A stretch of DNA of 64,000 bases, taken from Camelus dromedarius (Eukaryota). The stretch lies in the NCBI RefSeq assembly GCF_036321535.1, contig NC_087436.1, positions 30,072,001-30,136,000 of the forward strand, in the 5' to 3' direction. This document shows, in pieces, positions 12,096 to 26,031 of the stretch. Within the stretch, counting starts at the first letter, position 1. Every line of letters begins with the position of its first letter. A program made the translations under genes and the position numbers. A model generated the notes under the pieces. The model saw only the letters and a list, made by a program, of their open reading frames with translations, ran no database searches and was not told the origin of the DNA.

Positions 12096-15000
12096 TCTAC
12101 TCTCAATTCTCAATCCTGTTATTTTCTCTGAAGATTGTTTTCATTGTTTTTTGTTTGTTAGCTTTTTCTCTTTTTCATTCATTTTTTGTTTCTTTTCAGT
12201 TCCTTTTTTAAAATGATCTTCCTGGATTAAGTCTGCAAATTCTATTTCCATTGCACTGGACAGTTTGTCTTCTTAGTTTTATTTATTTTGAAATAATTCT
12301 TCTTTTATGGTTAAGCCTAACTTTTCCTTCTTTCCATAAATTTAATAATCAACCAATGACTACACAGAGGTTGTTTTTAAAAATCTAGGAAATAATCCTT
12401 CCAACTCTGTCATGAATCTGTATTTGCATAAGGGAGCATATTTAAAGTTCAAACAATTCTTAAGTTATCACTGGATGTTTCTTCTTTCTGGGTTCTTCAT
12501 GTCTTCTGTGCCCAGGTGGACAGCCACAGAGTATACTAGGAGTTTGTCAGCAGGCAGGCCCTCTCTTTTCCAGTGCACAAGTGCAAAGCCACAGCCCGAG
12601 GTATTCTTTCTGTAACCATGACCACAACCTCAGGCTAGTAGAATAAGCTTACATCCCTGTTGCCTCTAAGGAATCCTATACACTAATAATGATGGTGGGT
12701 ACTGGCATTGCTCGTTGCTTCAAATCAAATCTTTAACCATAGCAGAGAAGCTGCCAGCCTCGTGGTTTTCCCCGCTGTGGCAGAAGTCTCATGCTAATGA
12801 TGTGTAAGCGTGAGTGTAAGGGAAAAATGTCTAAGCAGCCCCAGGACAAGTGCTACAGATTCCCACAGTTCTTACTAATGTTTAAGCAATTTTTCAAGTG
12901 TAAGTACTTCTTAACTTGGTTTATGTCTTTGGTCAAATACCAGAACCCTAAAATAGTGGTTATTTTATATTTTTTTTTTTCTAGCTTTTTAGGTACTTGT
13001 TAAGGAGAGGACCTGTTAGACTTCTCACTTGGCTATAGCTGGAAGTTGCACCTCCTTAACAAAGAACAAAATAAGATATGATGTTAAAATTAATTTGTTT
13101 TGCATTCTGTTAGGGTTGTCCCACAGTACCCAATTTTGTGGCAGTTGGTTTATTTGTGCGAAGTTTTATCCATCTATTCTACTTAAATTTTCTATTATAT
13201 TCCATTTGAGAACTAAGCACTTTAATTAATGAATAGACTCTCAAGTCTTGTTACCATATTTGCTTCTATTATTGAATTGGATAGTTTTTTTCTCCCAGAA
13301 TCCTTAGTATTTCTTCTAATTTTTCCCTCCAAGTTAGTATCCTAAGTTTCTTTCATTATTTAGCCAAACACATATATAATCTACTGATTATGCAGTGTTG
13401 CCAGAGTTGCTGAATGAATCACTAACTGGAGCAATCCCTCACTATTTTTTTCATACCTTTACTGGAAATAATATTCTCCTAGGAGGATTTTTAAGCTGCT
13501 TCCAGGAACCCAAATAACCATATGTCTGCTGGCCAAATATTTTATAGCATTGTCTCTTAAGGCTTAATTTGCCTACCTAGAGAATGATTCACAATTTTAC
13601 CAGCCTGTCCTTTTAGATTTAGTATGCCTGAACCCTAGTGTTACATTTGTTCCTGTACAGTTTGCCATTTTGCAGTTCTCAGGTTCCTCATCATCTCACC
13701 TACTATATTAAGCATGGAAGATAAACAAATAGTACCATGCTAAAATGAGAAGGAGACTGACCATTTGGTATATTTATAAAACAATTAACAGGTTCTAGCA
13801 TTGAATTCATAACCTGGGTACAATAATGCCAGAGAAGAAGATAAGGCCAATGAATATGTAGTCTCATTCATTGTGGAATGTTTGTATCCCATTTTGTAGG
13901 AGAGAGGCGAGGGAAAGCCTAAAGCAGTAAATGAGACTGCTCAAATACTACATTTTGGAGATTTTACTGAGGCGGGGGAACTCAGTATTAGCCACATGCT
14001 CACTTTTCTTCCTGAGGTTCTAGTACAATTTGTTTCTCATTTAGTGGCATGGGGACTATGAATAGCATTCCTTAAATTTACTGGGGTGTAATACTTTGCT
14101 ATCCATTATACCACACTGTTTTCAGTGGGATGTATGTGGTTTTGTAAACGCCCTTACTCTCTCAGAGTACTGGGATAGGCATGCATATAATTACAGGGGT
14201 TGCACTCATAAAAATTTACAGTATTTTCCTTCCAGAGGCAAGTTACCTAAAAATACCCAGCAGGATCCATAGTCTCTATACCACAGTAACTAACAAACAC
14301 TTCAAAACACAAGCAAACAAACAAAGGGAGGAAGAGTTTCAAGGTCACCAGTTAGCATATCCAGGCCCAGTCACATCCCTTGTTCTTTGCTCAAAGGTTG
14401 TTTTTCTTTTAAGATTTTCTAGCTTATAACTACAAATGAGTATAAACCAATTATACAATCTCAACTTGAATCATTTCACTTTCAAGTGAGAGTTGGATTC
14501 TCAAGAGATTGATAAAAACACTTGTGAAGGAACCATGGAAAATTAAATGCAATGACCACTGCCAGTGTGATTAAGGACTTTGTCTTATTTTTATAGCTGT
14601 GAAGTATTTTTATTCCCCTATAAGTGGGTGGATGGAGCCACAAACATCTTTCTTTTTCATCTAATGCTATAATAGATGAATCTTGATGATATTATACCTT
14701 ACAGCTAGTGAAAATTTATTCTGAAATGTCTACCTAAATAATCCTTAATAAGAGTAGTGCTAACACTAATAACAACAGCAGGCAATCATAGAGCATCAAG
14801 AAAATGTTGGTACTATTGTAAGAACTTTATATATATTAAGCATTGTAAAGTCATCTAAAATAATTTCTTAATTTTGAAAATGTGACTATTTTAAAGGGTG
14901 AAAATTAAGAAGACAAATCCTAAGGCTTAGGTTGTGTATTACTATAGTACTTTGTACTATTAAATCATTGGTCATAATATAAAGATTTACTTTTTGTAAT

Positions 15001-16079
15001 CTTTGAAATTGAATTCTGAAAGAATATTTGTTTTGTCTACAATATGTATTCTTTTGTCACCACAGCTTTATAAATGTTTTGGCATATAGATAGCAACTGA
15101 TGGAAAACAAGTATCTTGTTTTGTGTAATATTTGATTCCAAGAGGGACACAGACAAAATAACAAATATTTCATTTTATATACATATATATATATATAGCA
15201 CAATTGAATAGTTTAACTAAATTGTATTTTTAAGAGGTTATACAGCAATAGTCTGAAATAATGTGCTATTGAAGTGCAAAATATTTCTATTTCTGTTACG
15301 CTTCTAGTGGGCTATTTATAAATCACTGTGTCTCTTTAAAGCTTATAAATTCAAGAAACCCACAGAAACAATGAATTTCAAAGGAGACTTAAAGATTAGA
15401 AGTAATTACCTAAGAAAAAGATTTTTGCAAGTAAAATTCATAAGCCTGGACAAGGAAAACAAAAATACTTAGTAACTAACCTCTAACTGTTAGCACATAT
15501 AATGACACAGAAAAATATGTCTATCCTATATTTCTAAGCCAGACTCAAAATCAACATCTTCCCATATAACATGACAAATTTCACAAGAAATTATTTCCTA
15601 TTAGTGAAAGCTATTGCATATTAGACTCACTTGTTATTTAGTGCTTATGGTGAGTGATGCCCTAGCTTGACACTTGTGAAAGAAGATGAAAAATCTAGAG
15701 AAAGTCCTCCTTTCATGTAGTCTACAATCAAGACATATTAGAGAAAAGATCCCATGAACTGTATATTTGGGGATATCTTCAATAAATTATTTACACTTGG
15801 GAGTAATGAAAACATCAAATTTCCAATCACAGCAGTGTTACAACCATTTAAGAGAACCACTTAATCACAAGAATGTATAATTGCAGTGAAATCTGATTGA
15901 CTGAGAGGAGAGATTTATTCTGAATAACATATTAGAAGGTAACATGCTATTTAAAACTCCCATCTCATCATATGTTGGCATACCTTTCATCTATTGTTAT
16001 TTAAATCTGCAAAACTATTTTTCAAATTAGATTTTCCTAAGCAGGAGAAATTTTACTGCTCCTTTAAAATATATGTCTC

Positions 16080-16920
16080 AGGGACTACATCAAACTAAAA
16101 AGCTTTTGTACAGTTAAGGACATCATCCACAAAATGAAAAGACAACCTACTGAATGGGAGAGAAGATATTTGCAAATATCGAATGACAGGTTACTATATA
16201 AATTATATAAAGAAATCATACAATTCAATATCAGAAAAACAGTCTGGTTTTAAAATAGACAACAAACCTGAATAGACATTTCTCCAAAGAAGACAAACAA
16301 GTGGCCAACAGATACATGAAAAGATGCTCAACGTCACTAATCATCAGAGAAATGCAAATGAAGACCACAATGAGAGATCACTTCACACTGTCAGAATGGC
16401 TAAGATCAAAAAAGACAATAAATTACAAGTTTTGGAGATCATGTAGAGAAAATGGAACCATCATGCACTGTACAGGGGAATGTAAATTGGTGCAGCCACT
16501 ATGGAAAACAGTATGGAGGTTCCTCAAAAAATTAAAACTACAACTAGCATACAATCCAGTAATTCCAAGGAAACAAAAACATTAATTCAGAAGATATGTG
16601 CACCCCTAAATTCATTGCAGCATTATTTACAATAGCCAAGAGCAACTGAGAAACCTAAATGTCCATTGATAGACAAATGGTAAAAGAAGATGTGGTATGC
16701 ATATTCAATGGAATATTAGTCATAAAGGAATACAGTCTTGCCATTTGTGACAATGGGAGTACACCTAGAGGATATTACACTAAAAGAAACAAGTCAGATG
16801 GAGAAAGATGAATACTGCACAATCTCACTCATATGTTGAATCTAAAAGACAAAACAAAACAAAATAGAAACAGACTTATAGACACAGAGAGCAAACTGCT
16901 GGTTTGTATAGGGTAGGCAG
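16080..16920 (+). mobile_element. L1 ORF2 C-terminal part and start of 3' UTR (L1MA-age)
   Basis: ORF 16301-16585 '[26 protein letters not shown]...[20 protein letters not shown]' is the L1 ORF2p C-terminus; disrupted by frameshifts. Confidence 0.92.
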
Positions 16921-16949
16921 TAAGGAGTTGTCTTCATAATATACTTTTT

Positions 16950-17425
16950 TTGCTGGTGGAAATAAACAAAGACCACCCATGTGAGAATAAGCAAAGGCTA
17001 TGTATTCATAGAGCTTGCAAGAGAGTCAACCACCACACTTACATTTGACAAAAACTCAAAGCCAGCCTGGAGATTATGAAAGCACTACAGTAGAAAAAAG
17101 GGAAGGCTTCAGGTATGCCCTGATTGGAAGTTGTTGGCATGGAAAACCTGAAGATGGGCTAACCGGAAGCAGGTCATCCAGTGTGATTAGTTAGTGTAGC
17201 ACATTAATGTTTCTCTGGTTGATCCTGAGGGGGAAGCTGGGAGGAAGGGAAGAGGAGGGCAAAAGAAAGAAACTGACAGTTACTGTCCAAGCGCAGGTTC
17301 TCTGGGGCAGATTGAAGCATACACATGTCGTGGTTTGGCTTCCTGGACTGGCTGCTGTGAAGGTTGTGGTCAGAGTTTTATTTTTATGTATGGTCTGGCC
17401 ATCATATTTTGAATATTCATTCTCA
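16950..17425 (-). mobile_element. ERV1-class solo LTR, MER89-like
   Basis: 'gggaaggcttcaggtatgccctgattggaagttgttggc' and 'ggttgtggtcagagttttatttttatgtatggtctggcca' recall MER89. Confidence 0.65.
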
Positions 17426-17789
17426 AATCTTGATGCTTCCATTTTAATTTTCTGCATTTAAAACATGTACATTTTAAAACACCTAATTTTGGGTACAATG
17501 TTAATGTGTCTGAAAAGAATAAATGATACAACCAGATATATTATATGTATAAGTAACACAAATGTCAGAGGCAATCAAATATCCTATGTCTACTATTACC
17601 CACACCATCAACACCATCTCATTTTTGGTTTTTTTGTCCTTGAGGATAGTTCTCATGCAATCCAATTCAAACATGACACATTAACCTATGTGAACAAAGC
17701 TTTCATTTTCTCTGTCTGCCTCCATCTTCTATATTATTTTAACTCACTTTCATGGAAAATGTTGGACAGTTTTTCAGTGCTTGATACCT

Positions 17790-18110
17790 CTGATGCCAGC
17801 AATAGCTTTGGTCATAGAAAGAAGGTGAAAGTTGTGGTGTGCAATTTTCTAGCATAGGCTGAAAATGCAAATGAATGGGGGAAATTCTGCTTGGAATTCT
17901 GTGATCCTACAATTGCCATGAGAAAGACTTGTGTATGTTAACTTGTTGGTTCCAGGAGAGGTAGAGAACATATGATAAATCAGCCAAAACACAAACATAT
18001 GACTAAGCCCAACAAAGATTAGCTAAAACCAGCCTAGATCAGTCAAACCCTCGAGATATTGTATGCTAGTATGTTTTAGATGTATTTTTTTACAAAGCAA
18101 AGGTTTATAT
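17790..18110 (+). mobile_element. Old MaLR LTR fragment (MLT1G/H-like)
   Basis: 'ttgccatgagaaagact', 'ccagcctagatcagtcaaaccc'; heavily decayed. Confidence 0.5.
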
Positions 18111-18189
18111 ACAGATTGATCATTTCCCTGAAGCTATATGAGTTTATATTAATTCAGGGAAATACATTTCCCTGGATTTCTCAGTGCTA

Positions 18190-18790
18190 GTGTAAAATAT
18201 CTTAGCCTCCTGAGGCTCCTCGCATACAATAAGAATTAGATTTTTAGACATTTGTCAACTGAATTGTTTTGATTTGAAGGGATAATAACATTTCTCTTAC
18301 CTCCCTAAGAGAACCAAATGGTTTCAACCCAGGTTCTGTCCAGAGAATAAGCTCTGCAGGGTAAGCAGCCTGGAGAATTATCTCCCTACTTGTGTATATG
18401 TCAAAAGGGATGAAGCCATAAAATGTGAAGACGTTTCTGTGCCTTAAAAGCTGAGGCACATCAAAATTCCTGGCTGCTAGAACGATTTTACTTACATACT
18501 GAAGGCCTAGAGTGAGGACTCAGACCCATCACTTTTCCTAGGAGACCCTTTCAGGTGGAGCAGGGGAGGGCTGCCTCCAACCTGTCCTAAACACAAGATA
18601 ATACATTTTCTTCACCCCTTAACTATAGAGGACCTGGCTACCTTTGTAAGAAAAATTGTTATTGATTCTCATCATGTCAGGCCAGGAGTAAGCATGAGTA
18701 CAAAGGAGGCCAACAAGCATTATTTACTGTGTGGTAATAAATAATAAATATTTCTCTGACCCAGAATATCATATATGTTCATTCAGAATA
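18190..18790 (+). mobile_element. Ancient ERVL-class solo LTR
   Basis: 3' end 'gtaataaataataaatattctctgacccagaatatc'. 'gtcaggccaggagtaagc' is shared in reverse with the element at ~29.5-30 kb. Confidence 0.5.
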
Positions 18791-18890
18791 AAATTATAAA
18801 AAAGAAATAATAAAATAATATAGAAATATAATTTATATATAAAATATACTGAAAATATAAAAATATAAAAAATAAAAAATAAACACAAAT
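18790..18890. repeat. A/T-rich low-complexity tract
   Basis: Directly visible. Confidence 0.7.
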
Positions 18891-20123
18891 ATTCACCTGA
18901 AGCAATCTAATTTAATTTAGTTGAAATAAGATAAAATTTAACTCTGAAAAGTATAAATATCTGTAGTTTTTATATCTGAGACAGTCCTATATGCTATATA
19001 CAATGGGAATTTTAGAAAAATTATGGGAGTATTTCTATGCAGTAGACAGCCAAAAGGAAGTTATCCTTAAACCATTTAACCAATTAGAATTAGATTTAAG
19101 GTGATGGTATGATAGATGTAAGCAAAACAACTGTTTGCTGACAGATGAAAAAAAAATACTATACTAGCAATTTTAAATACTAATTTTAATACTGAATACT
19201 AATAAGCTAGAGAAGTAATTTTTCATTTAATAAAATTTAAAATTCAACTCTCACTATTCAACATATAAGTAAATCCAAGGAAAATATAATAACATGAGAA
19301 ATGATTCTAGATTACAGGGTCCAAATATTGCTATGAAATACATAAATAGATAGTAGATCTAAGAGCCCCTTAATATAGAATAATAATATAGAAATACAAT
19401 GAGTCTTAAAATGATAGATCAGGAAGAGACTTAGGTATCAGCTAGTTTGATTGACATTTTCCATATGGAGAAAACCAAAGTCCCTAAGATCAAAATTACA
19501 GGTAAGAAGTAATTCATCATTAAGTCACAGATACATGGACTTCAGGATTGATGTTTTTATAATACAAACTATGATGAGCAGCATGTAAATCTTAGGATGT
19601 ATATGTTTTTCAGTTTACAGTTCTTGTTTTAAAGGTCAAGGAAAATTCTGACCCATTTTGGAAATTTTCAAAAAGATGTTTTTTTGACAGCCACCTGTTT
19701 CAAGTAAATTCTTCAGTTAAACAGAAAGAAGGGACAGGGGTCAAATAAGTGGCACAGAATATCCTTCAGGTAATCAAGGAGAGTAAACTAAGTGCAGGAA
19801 TTAATAAAACATAAGATAAAGATGTGAAGAATGATGAAGAATGCAATCTTCATCACGGAAGAGCTGAGGAGCTTCCTAAAAGAAATGATTGGCAGAGAAG
19901 ACTTATGAGGAACCAGAGCATTGAGAGGGGTACACTCAGTTGGGACACAGTTTGGACTTTATTTTATCTGGCCCTGAAAATGTCTTGCCCATGATTGTGA
20001 GTAGTCTTGAACTTTCTAGGTAAGCATTGAGCTTTTTGACTGCTTGCATCCTGGAGGTCAGGAGAAATGCATCTTATAGTCAGTCCCACAGTGGATTTGT
20101 GATATCTCATTTATTCCCTAGTA

Positions 20124-20613
20124 CAGAAATACCCTGAAGATGTTGCAAGTTTGGTTCTAGACTGTCACAATAAAGTGAATATTGAAATAAAGGGCATCAG
20201 ATAAATTTTTTGGTTTGTGAGTGCATATGAAAATTATGTTTACACTATGCTGTAGTCTATTAAGTGTGCAATAGCACTGTGTCTAAAAAAACAAACATAC
20301 GTACCTTAATTTAAAATGCTTTATTGCTAAAAAATGCTAACCAGCATCTGATTCTTCAATGAATCGTAATCTTTTGCAATAGTAACATCAAAGATCACTG
20401 ATCATAGGTCACCAAAAGAAATACAATAGTAATGAAAAAATTTGAAATATTGCAAGAATTTTAAACATGTGGCACAGAGACATGAAGTGAGCAAATGCTG
20501 TTGGAAAAAATGATGCTAATAGACTTGCTGGATGCAGGGTTGCCACAACCTTCAATTTTTAAAAAAATGTAATATTTGCAATAAAGCAAAGTGCAATCAA
20601 TGAGGTATACCCG
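20124..20613 (-). mobile_element. Tigger1 internal-deletion derivative (Tigger1a_Art-like), second copy
   Basis: Reverse-complement homolog of 2230-2700. Termini 'ta|cagaaatacc' and 'gaggtatacccg|tg'. Confidence 0.88.
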
Positions 20614-22204
20614 TGTACAAACTGAGATTATGACATAATGAATGTGGTTTTTATATTTGATTCATGAAATTAGCACCACATGTGTATTTCTATATGTAAA
20701 ATACATATATATATTTTTTTCTTGATAAATAAAATTATAGTTTTTGATTATGGGTGGTACAGAGACAATGTGTTCTGAGAAAGAAATAACTAGGTAGGTA
20801 TTGACTTTTCTAGTAAGGGACCTATTAACTTATAGAGCAGATCATTAATAAACCCCACAAGACGTTGATTATATAATTAATGATTCCAAGGATTAAATTT
20901 TCTCTCTCTCCCTTTCTCCTACTCTGCCTCTCTACTTCTCTCCTACTCTTTTTTCAAGATGATGAAGACATTTGGATAATTCATAGAAATATAAACCCCA
21001 GGGATCACATACATTAAAATACCTGGTTACATACCCCTGTTTGTTATAGATAGATGACTCTTATTTGATGTCCAAATTCAATCCCAGCATATTAATTTGT
21101 TTCAATTTTTTTCCTCAAAACTATAGCATTATTCTGAGTCACTAATCACAGAAATCAAGAGGTAGTCATTAGTCTGTAAAGAGCTCCATAAATTTAAGTA
21201 TTTATATAGCTTAAAAACATTAAAATCTACATTCCAAATGTTATAGAAAAATTGAATGGATAATACGTATTAGTCAGATATGATCGGTGTTTACTGTAAT
21301 GATTCAAAGTCCATAGAAGATAAGTCAAAATGCACTTCCCGATGATGTGACACTGTAATTATAGCTATAGTCAAGCTTTTGTTGTTCCCCCAGTTTTTCT
21401 ATGCACTGATCAGCTACTTCGATTTTGTTTTCTATGTTATAAGCTCAAATATACTTGCAGGTGAGTGTTCCCATCTAAAACTATAAAAAACATTCTTAAG
21501 TGAAGCTAGGAAGTCTCAGTACTGCAGAATCAAAAGTGCATAATAACAGAAATAGTGGATGAAAACTGTTGATTGAAAAAATAAAATCTGTTACAGCTCT
21601 GTTGATGTGAGTTGTTTAGGAAGTAGAATGAAAGTGCAAATCACACTTAAAGAATAAAAGACTAGCCATCACTATGTACACTAATATTTTCCCTCTTGGA
21701 TTTTAAATAATTTGAGCAATATATTGAATGTCATTTGTGTCCTATTTAAGAAGAATAACCTACTGCTACTTTCAACCAATATTTTGTTGTATGGTTTGTT
21801 TATTTTTTCCTCTTCCCTATTTTTCTCACTAATTGATTTTACCTTATTTGCAAGTTTACTTGGAAAGCAGTAAAAAGAATATTAGCTTAGTGAATAGATT
21901 TTTCACAGTTATAGCATTAATGTGTGTTGAAAGAGATTACTAAATAATCATTTCTTTTCTATTTAAATAAAATGGTCTAACATGTTTTCAGGTGTCTTTC
22001 AACTGTTGAGCTATTCATATGCCCATATTTAATCTATTAAAAAATTTACTTCATAAAATTTAGATTAAATTCTCCAAAAGGGGAGAGTTTTAAAATACCT
22101 TAATGTGTAGAAACTGTTCTTTTTACTCAAATTATACAAGTCTACTCTTTAAGTTCATATTCTTAAACTGGTATATGTTCTGTACTCTAGCCTGCAGGTT
22201 TCAA

Positions 22205-22295
22205 TCAGCATTCATTCATTCATTCAGCATATGTTGTCTGTTGGATACATGATAGGCACCATATTATGAGAGAAACACAGATAAAATGACATTGA
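22205..22295 (-). mobile_element. L2 3' tail fragment
   Basis: 'cattcattcattcattcagcatatg...gataggcacc' is the antisense L2 terminus. Confidence 0.55.
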
Positions 22296-23167
22296 TTATA
22301 AATTAACTTATACCAATCAAAGTGGTTTTTATATGAAAATTAATTCTCTAGTGTGAACTTTTCCCTCGTCTGAAATTATATAAAATTAGAAACAGTTATA
22401 ATTAACAATTACATAAAGAGATGGTAAGTAGATCGATAGATAGGTAGATGTTTATTTTCTGCTGAATTCCATTCATAAGTGGCTAACCTTTTTATATTCT
22501 TCCTTTACAAAGAAATGTTTCATCTTTATTTATGGAAGCCATGCATGCCTATTTTGTACATGATTTCATCATAGAGAATGTGTCTCTTTTCTTTGCTGCT
22601 GAGACTGTTGGCAGGTAGGGAGGTTCCTGCTTTTCTCTAAGTTAGGATGACTCAGAGGCAGGCCCTAGGGCTGCTCAAGTCTCTGTCCCTTCTGCCTCAA
22701 GCTCAGATCTTTATTGCTTGTTTTTGTTGTCTGTTTGTTTGTTTATCTAGGGGTGGGGAAGGACAGTTCAGTGCAGTCTTTCTTTCCTTTGTTAAGAACA
22801 GCAGTCCCTCAGAGAGTCCAGTATGGAGACCCGTCTTGGATAAGGACCCCCTCAGACCTCATATTCATCTGTGATTCTGGAGGCAGAATAATCATATTTA
22901 TAAAGTGAATTTATTTATTTTATCAAGACAAATTTAAAAGTTATGTGATGGTCAAGTGTAACTAATGTCTAAGCAATACAGGCTTTCTAATACCCTAATC
23001 CTTGGAATATAAATTTAGAAAGAGACTTACTGGAAGCAGAATGCTGGCAACATACCCATCTTCAAAATTCATATTATACTGCATATAATTTATTCTTAAA
23101 TTTGATTATTCATTATTAGAATTTTTATTAGAATTTATTGTTTTAAAAAGTAAAATTATTTGACACA

Positions 23168-23518
23168 GTAGTTAAGATGGGGTCATTAATATTTGCCATA
23201 TCCAATAACTGATGTCCTTATAAAAGGGACAGCATGCATGAAAAGGCACACACACAGGGAGGGTGCCATGTGAAGGACAAGGCAAAGACTGGGGTGATGC
23301 TTCTACAGACTGAAGAGTACTAACAGTTGCCAGTGAAACACCAGAAGTTGAGTGATAAGCATAGAACAGATTCCCTCTCACATCCCTTAGAAGGAACCAG
23401 CCCTGCCAACACTTTGATTCTGGACTTCTGGCCTTTAAAACTGTGAAACAGTACATCCCTGTTGTTTAAACCATTCAATTTGTGGCACTTTGTTTTAGTA
23501 GCTCTAGAAAAATAACAT
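23168..23518 (+). mobile_element. MaLR LTR, MLT1B/MLT1C-like (5'-truncated)
   Basis: 'gatgtccttataaaaggg', 'agaaggaaccagccctgccaacactttgattctggacttctggcct...aactgtga', 'tttgtggcactttgtt...aaataaca'. Confidence 0.88.
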
Positions 23519-24295
23519 CCTAGGAATTAAGGAAACATCAGTGTTCAATAGTTATTTTAATGGAATTTTTTTTTTTTTTTTGGCTTGGACGTAGTCTAAT
23601 GTACTAGGCAATTATTATTTGTTTATTTCTGATAAAATACTAATGATGTCTGGTCTTTTGGGAGAGACTAATGGACTATTTTTCATTTTTTAAACCTATG
23701 AAGTAGCCCAAGTAAGATATATTCATATGTATATTTTACATAGTGGATTTTAAAGTTTTAAAATTTATATGATCAGCTCCATCATGTTAACGAAGTATAG
23801 TTAATTACTAATGCTATTAAAGCCACATTTTATAAAAAAATAGACAATTATAATTATGAAATGCATGCAGATTTTATTTGATTGACAGCACTGAAGAAGT
23901 TTCATTTAGTAGATTATATTAAAAGCATATCACATACTTTCTTTACCTTATAAATTACTTACATTTCTCCAGAATCATTTGCACAGATACTTAGTTTGGG
24001 GATATCAGCTCTTCTGAATTTTGGAATTAAATCATATGTGTCGTTTTGTCTTACAGAAAGCACATGAAAAAGAATCTGAAAGGTTTTTCATATATTTCAT
24101 ACTCAGATTTTTCAAAAAAAGTAGCAAAAAAAATTTTCTCTTTAAGTGCCTGGAAAGGCAGCTTTTAGGAGTATATTATTTGACCCTTACCTGAAAAAAG
24201 TTAACTTTAACTGTGTTTTTCCTAGAACAGAACAAATGGAAAAGGGTTGTAATAATCCGAGGTATCAGATAGATTTATTTCCTAATGGAACAGCC

Positions 24296-24301
24296 TTTAT
24301 T

Positions 24302-24360
<59 letters not shown>

Positions 24361-24361
24361 T
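24296..24361. repeat. (TTTA)n tetranucleotide microsatellite
   Basis: About 15 nearly perfect units. Confidence 0.95.
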
Positions 24362-24510
24362 GCTAGCAGAGTGTATAGAAGTCTTACTGGGAATATTGCT
24401 ATGAGCTCTAGCAGTGTCTACCAAAGTAGGATATGTGACCAGATGACGGTATTATGGGAGGAAAACATCATGACATGTATTCATATACATTTTATCTAAA
24501 ATAATAAATG

Positions 24511-24651
24511 ATGCCTACTGTGAAAACTACTAATATTATATCTGTGGATTGACTTGACTCTGGAGTGCTCAGTAGGTCTGCCAGTCAGACAGGTGTGTAT
24601 CACATAGCACAGGCAAGGTTTTCTAAGGGAAGCAGAGCAGATAGCTCAAAA
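24511..24651. repeat. Copy A of a diverged local direct duplication
   Basis: 24554-24610 aligns without gaps to 26079-26135 at 48/57 identity by hand count. Confidence 0.85.
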
Positions 24652-26031
24652 TAGGTACCAAAAGTATCATCATATTTTATTCATGTTAGCATGTGATGAT
24701 ATAATGCATTTTTATGTACCAGATTAATTTTATTAATAGTATATCTGAAAAAAAATGGCTTAAAAAAGATCTGCAAAGAATTCTGGAAAATACCAGTAAT
24801 GCAAAAATAAATAAGCAAACACTCCCATCCACCTCCCCCAAAAAAGCAAAATGTATTTTCCAGCAACTTATACATGCTTTTCTCAGTATGATAAATTTAA
24901 CCACATATGATTGAATGCATCATCTAAGAAACTGGAAAAATCAAAATGATTTAGTTTCTTTTTTTTTTTTTTTGGTCTACTAACATTAAAAAGAAACATC
25001 TTACATCATGCATTGAAATATTGTTTGATAATAGTAAATGTAAGGCCTTTACAAAAATAATGTGATTTTAAGAAAAATACATAAAAAATGTGCAGCTCTT
25101 ACAAACTCAGTTTTGCAAAGATACAAGATAATTGAAAGTAATGGCCCAATTTAATTTTAAAACTGTGACCTTGAATTCAAATCCATACAGTGGACATCAA
25201 AAGTCACTGTGCTTCCTTGAAATTTTAAAATATCCTATCATGCCCCTGTGAACTTTCTGTGCTGCCCAGGATATTCTGATACAATATTTGTGCACATTAG
25301 CTCTGTATTATCAAGCTCTTCTATCTCTTTGTTTGTCCAAAGAGGTATTAATAATAGCTATCTTTCACCAAGTGTCCACTGTATTGTGATTCTTTAGTGC
25401 ATTTATTTGAACTTCCACACCAACAGTGCAGGATAGAAATTAACATCCCTATCAAGGACCCAAGATACCAGGGTCCAATATTGTGTAACTAGTTACTGCA
25501 GCAGAAGAGTATTTGTTACAAACAATATTTGACCTTGCTTTTCCTGTTATACTGGACCACTTTTCAGTAACACGGGGTTCCTCCAAGAGCAATATGAGAA
25601 GCCATAATAAGCAAGAATTACTAATTATAACACTTAACCTAACCAATAATAACTGGCTCATTAAAGCCCTTACTTGAAGAATATTAAATTTCAAGCAGAG
25701 GCTGTTGTGTTTAGAGCTACCAGTTCCTCATCACCATACCAATATGACATCTCTAAAGGAAGTGAGAGCTAAGTTCTATTGTCGACCTAAAGTCTGATGA
25801 CAGTATAGAAAAGAGATAGGTACCTTTTCATGATATTCTTCAACGAACTCAGAAAATAATTTTTCGCTAGAGAGCAGTTTACATTTAGAAACATTTGAAA
25901 TGGTCTTGTGGCAAAATAAATAACTTTCTGAAAGACCTGTTTACCATATCACTACGTATGAGCATCATACACCAATTACATCAATTACAGTGATCATAGT
26001 GCCATTTGTAAAGTCTTTTGCTCAGCACTCA

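Larger units (their letters stand above)
11270..13050 (-). mobile_element. Old L1M 5' UTR/ORF1 region, decayed and interrupted
   Basis: Antisense ORF1-like 'ctcctcactttttgggactccatttgcaagtatgttagact...ctctgaggctctgttt'. Ends in an L1M-type 5' terminus 'ggagaggacctgttagacttctcacttggctatagctggaagt'. Confidence 0.65.

Noticed and set aside
16301..16585. ORF with a real protein match, likewise 40639-40938 and 11109-11441
   Set aside because: Frameshifted fragments of L1 ORF2p, not host genes.
17465..17857. 130-aa ORF
   Set aside because: No recognisable motif; composition typical of chance AT-rich frames; runs into an MLT relic.
2230..20613. Long-range inverted repeat between 2230-2700 and 20124-20613 as ends of a composite element
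   Set aside because: These are two independently diverged copies of a common Tigger1 derivative, each with its own TIRs.
24226..24261. 36-nt plus-strand exon-like unit (tttcctag...GAG|gtatca)
   Set aside because: Weak donor; peptide not recognised; no supporting context.
24146..24499. 117-aa ORF with an 'IYLF' repeat that looks like a TM segment
   Set aside because: The repeat is the translation of the (TTTA)n microsatellite.
24554..24610. Duplicated unit as a snoRNA or iron-responsive element
   Set aside because: No proper C box (RUGAUGA), H/ACA layout or CAGUGH loop visible.
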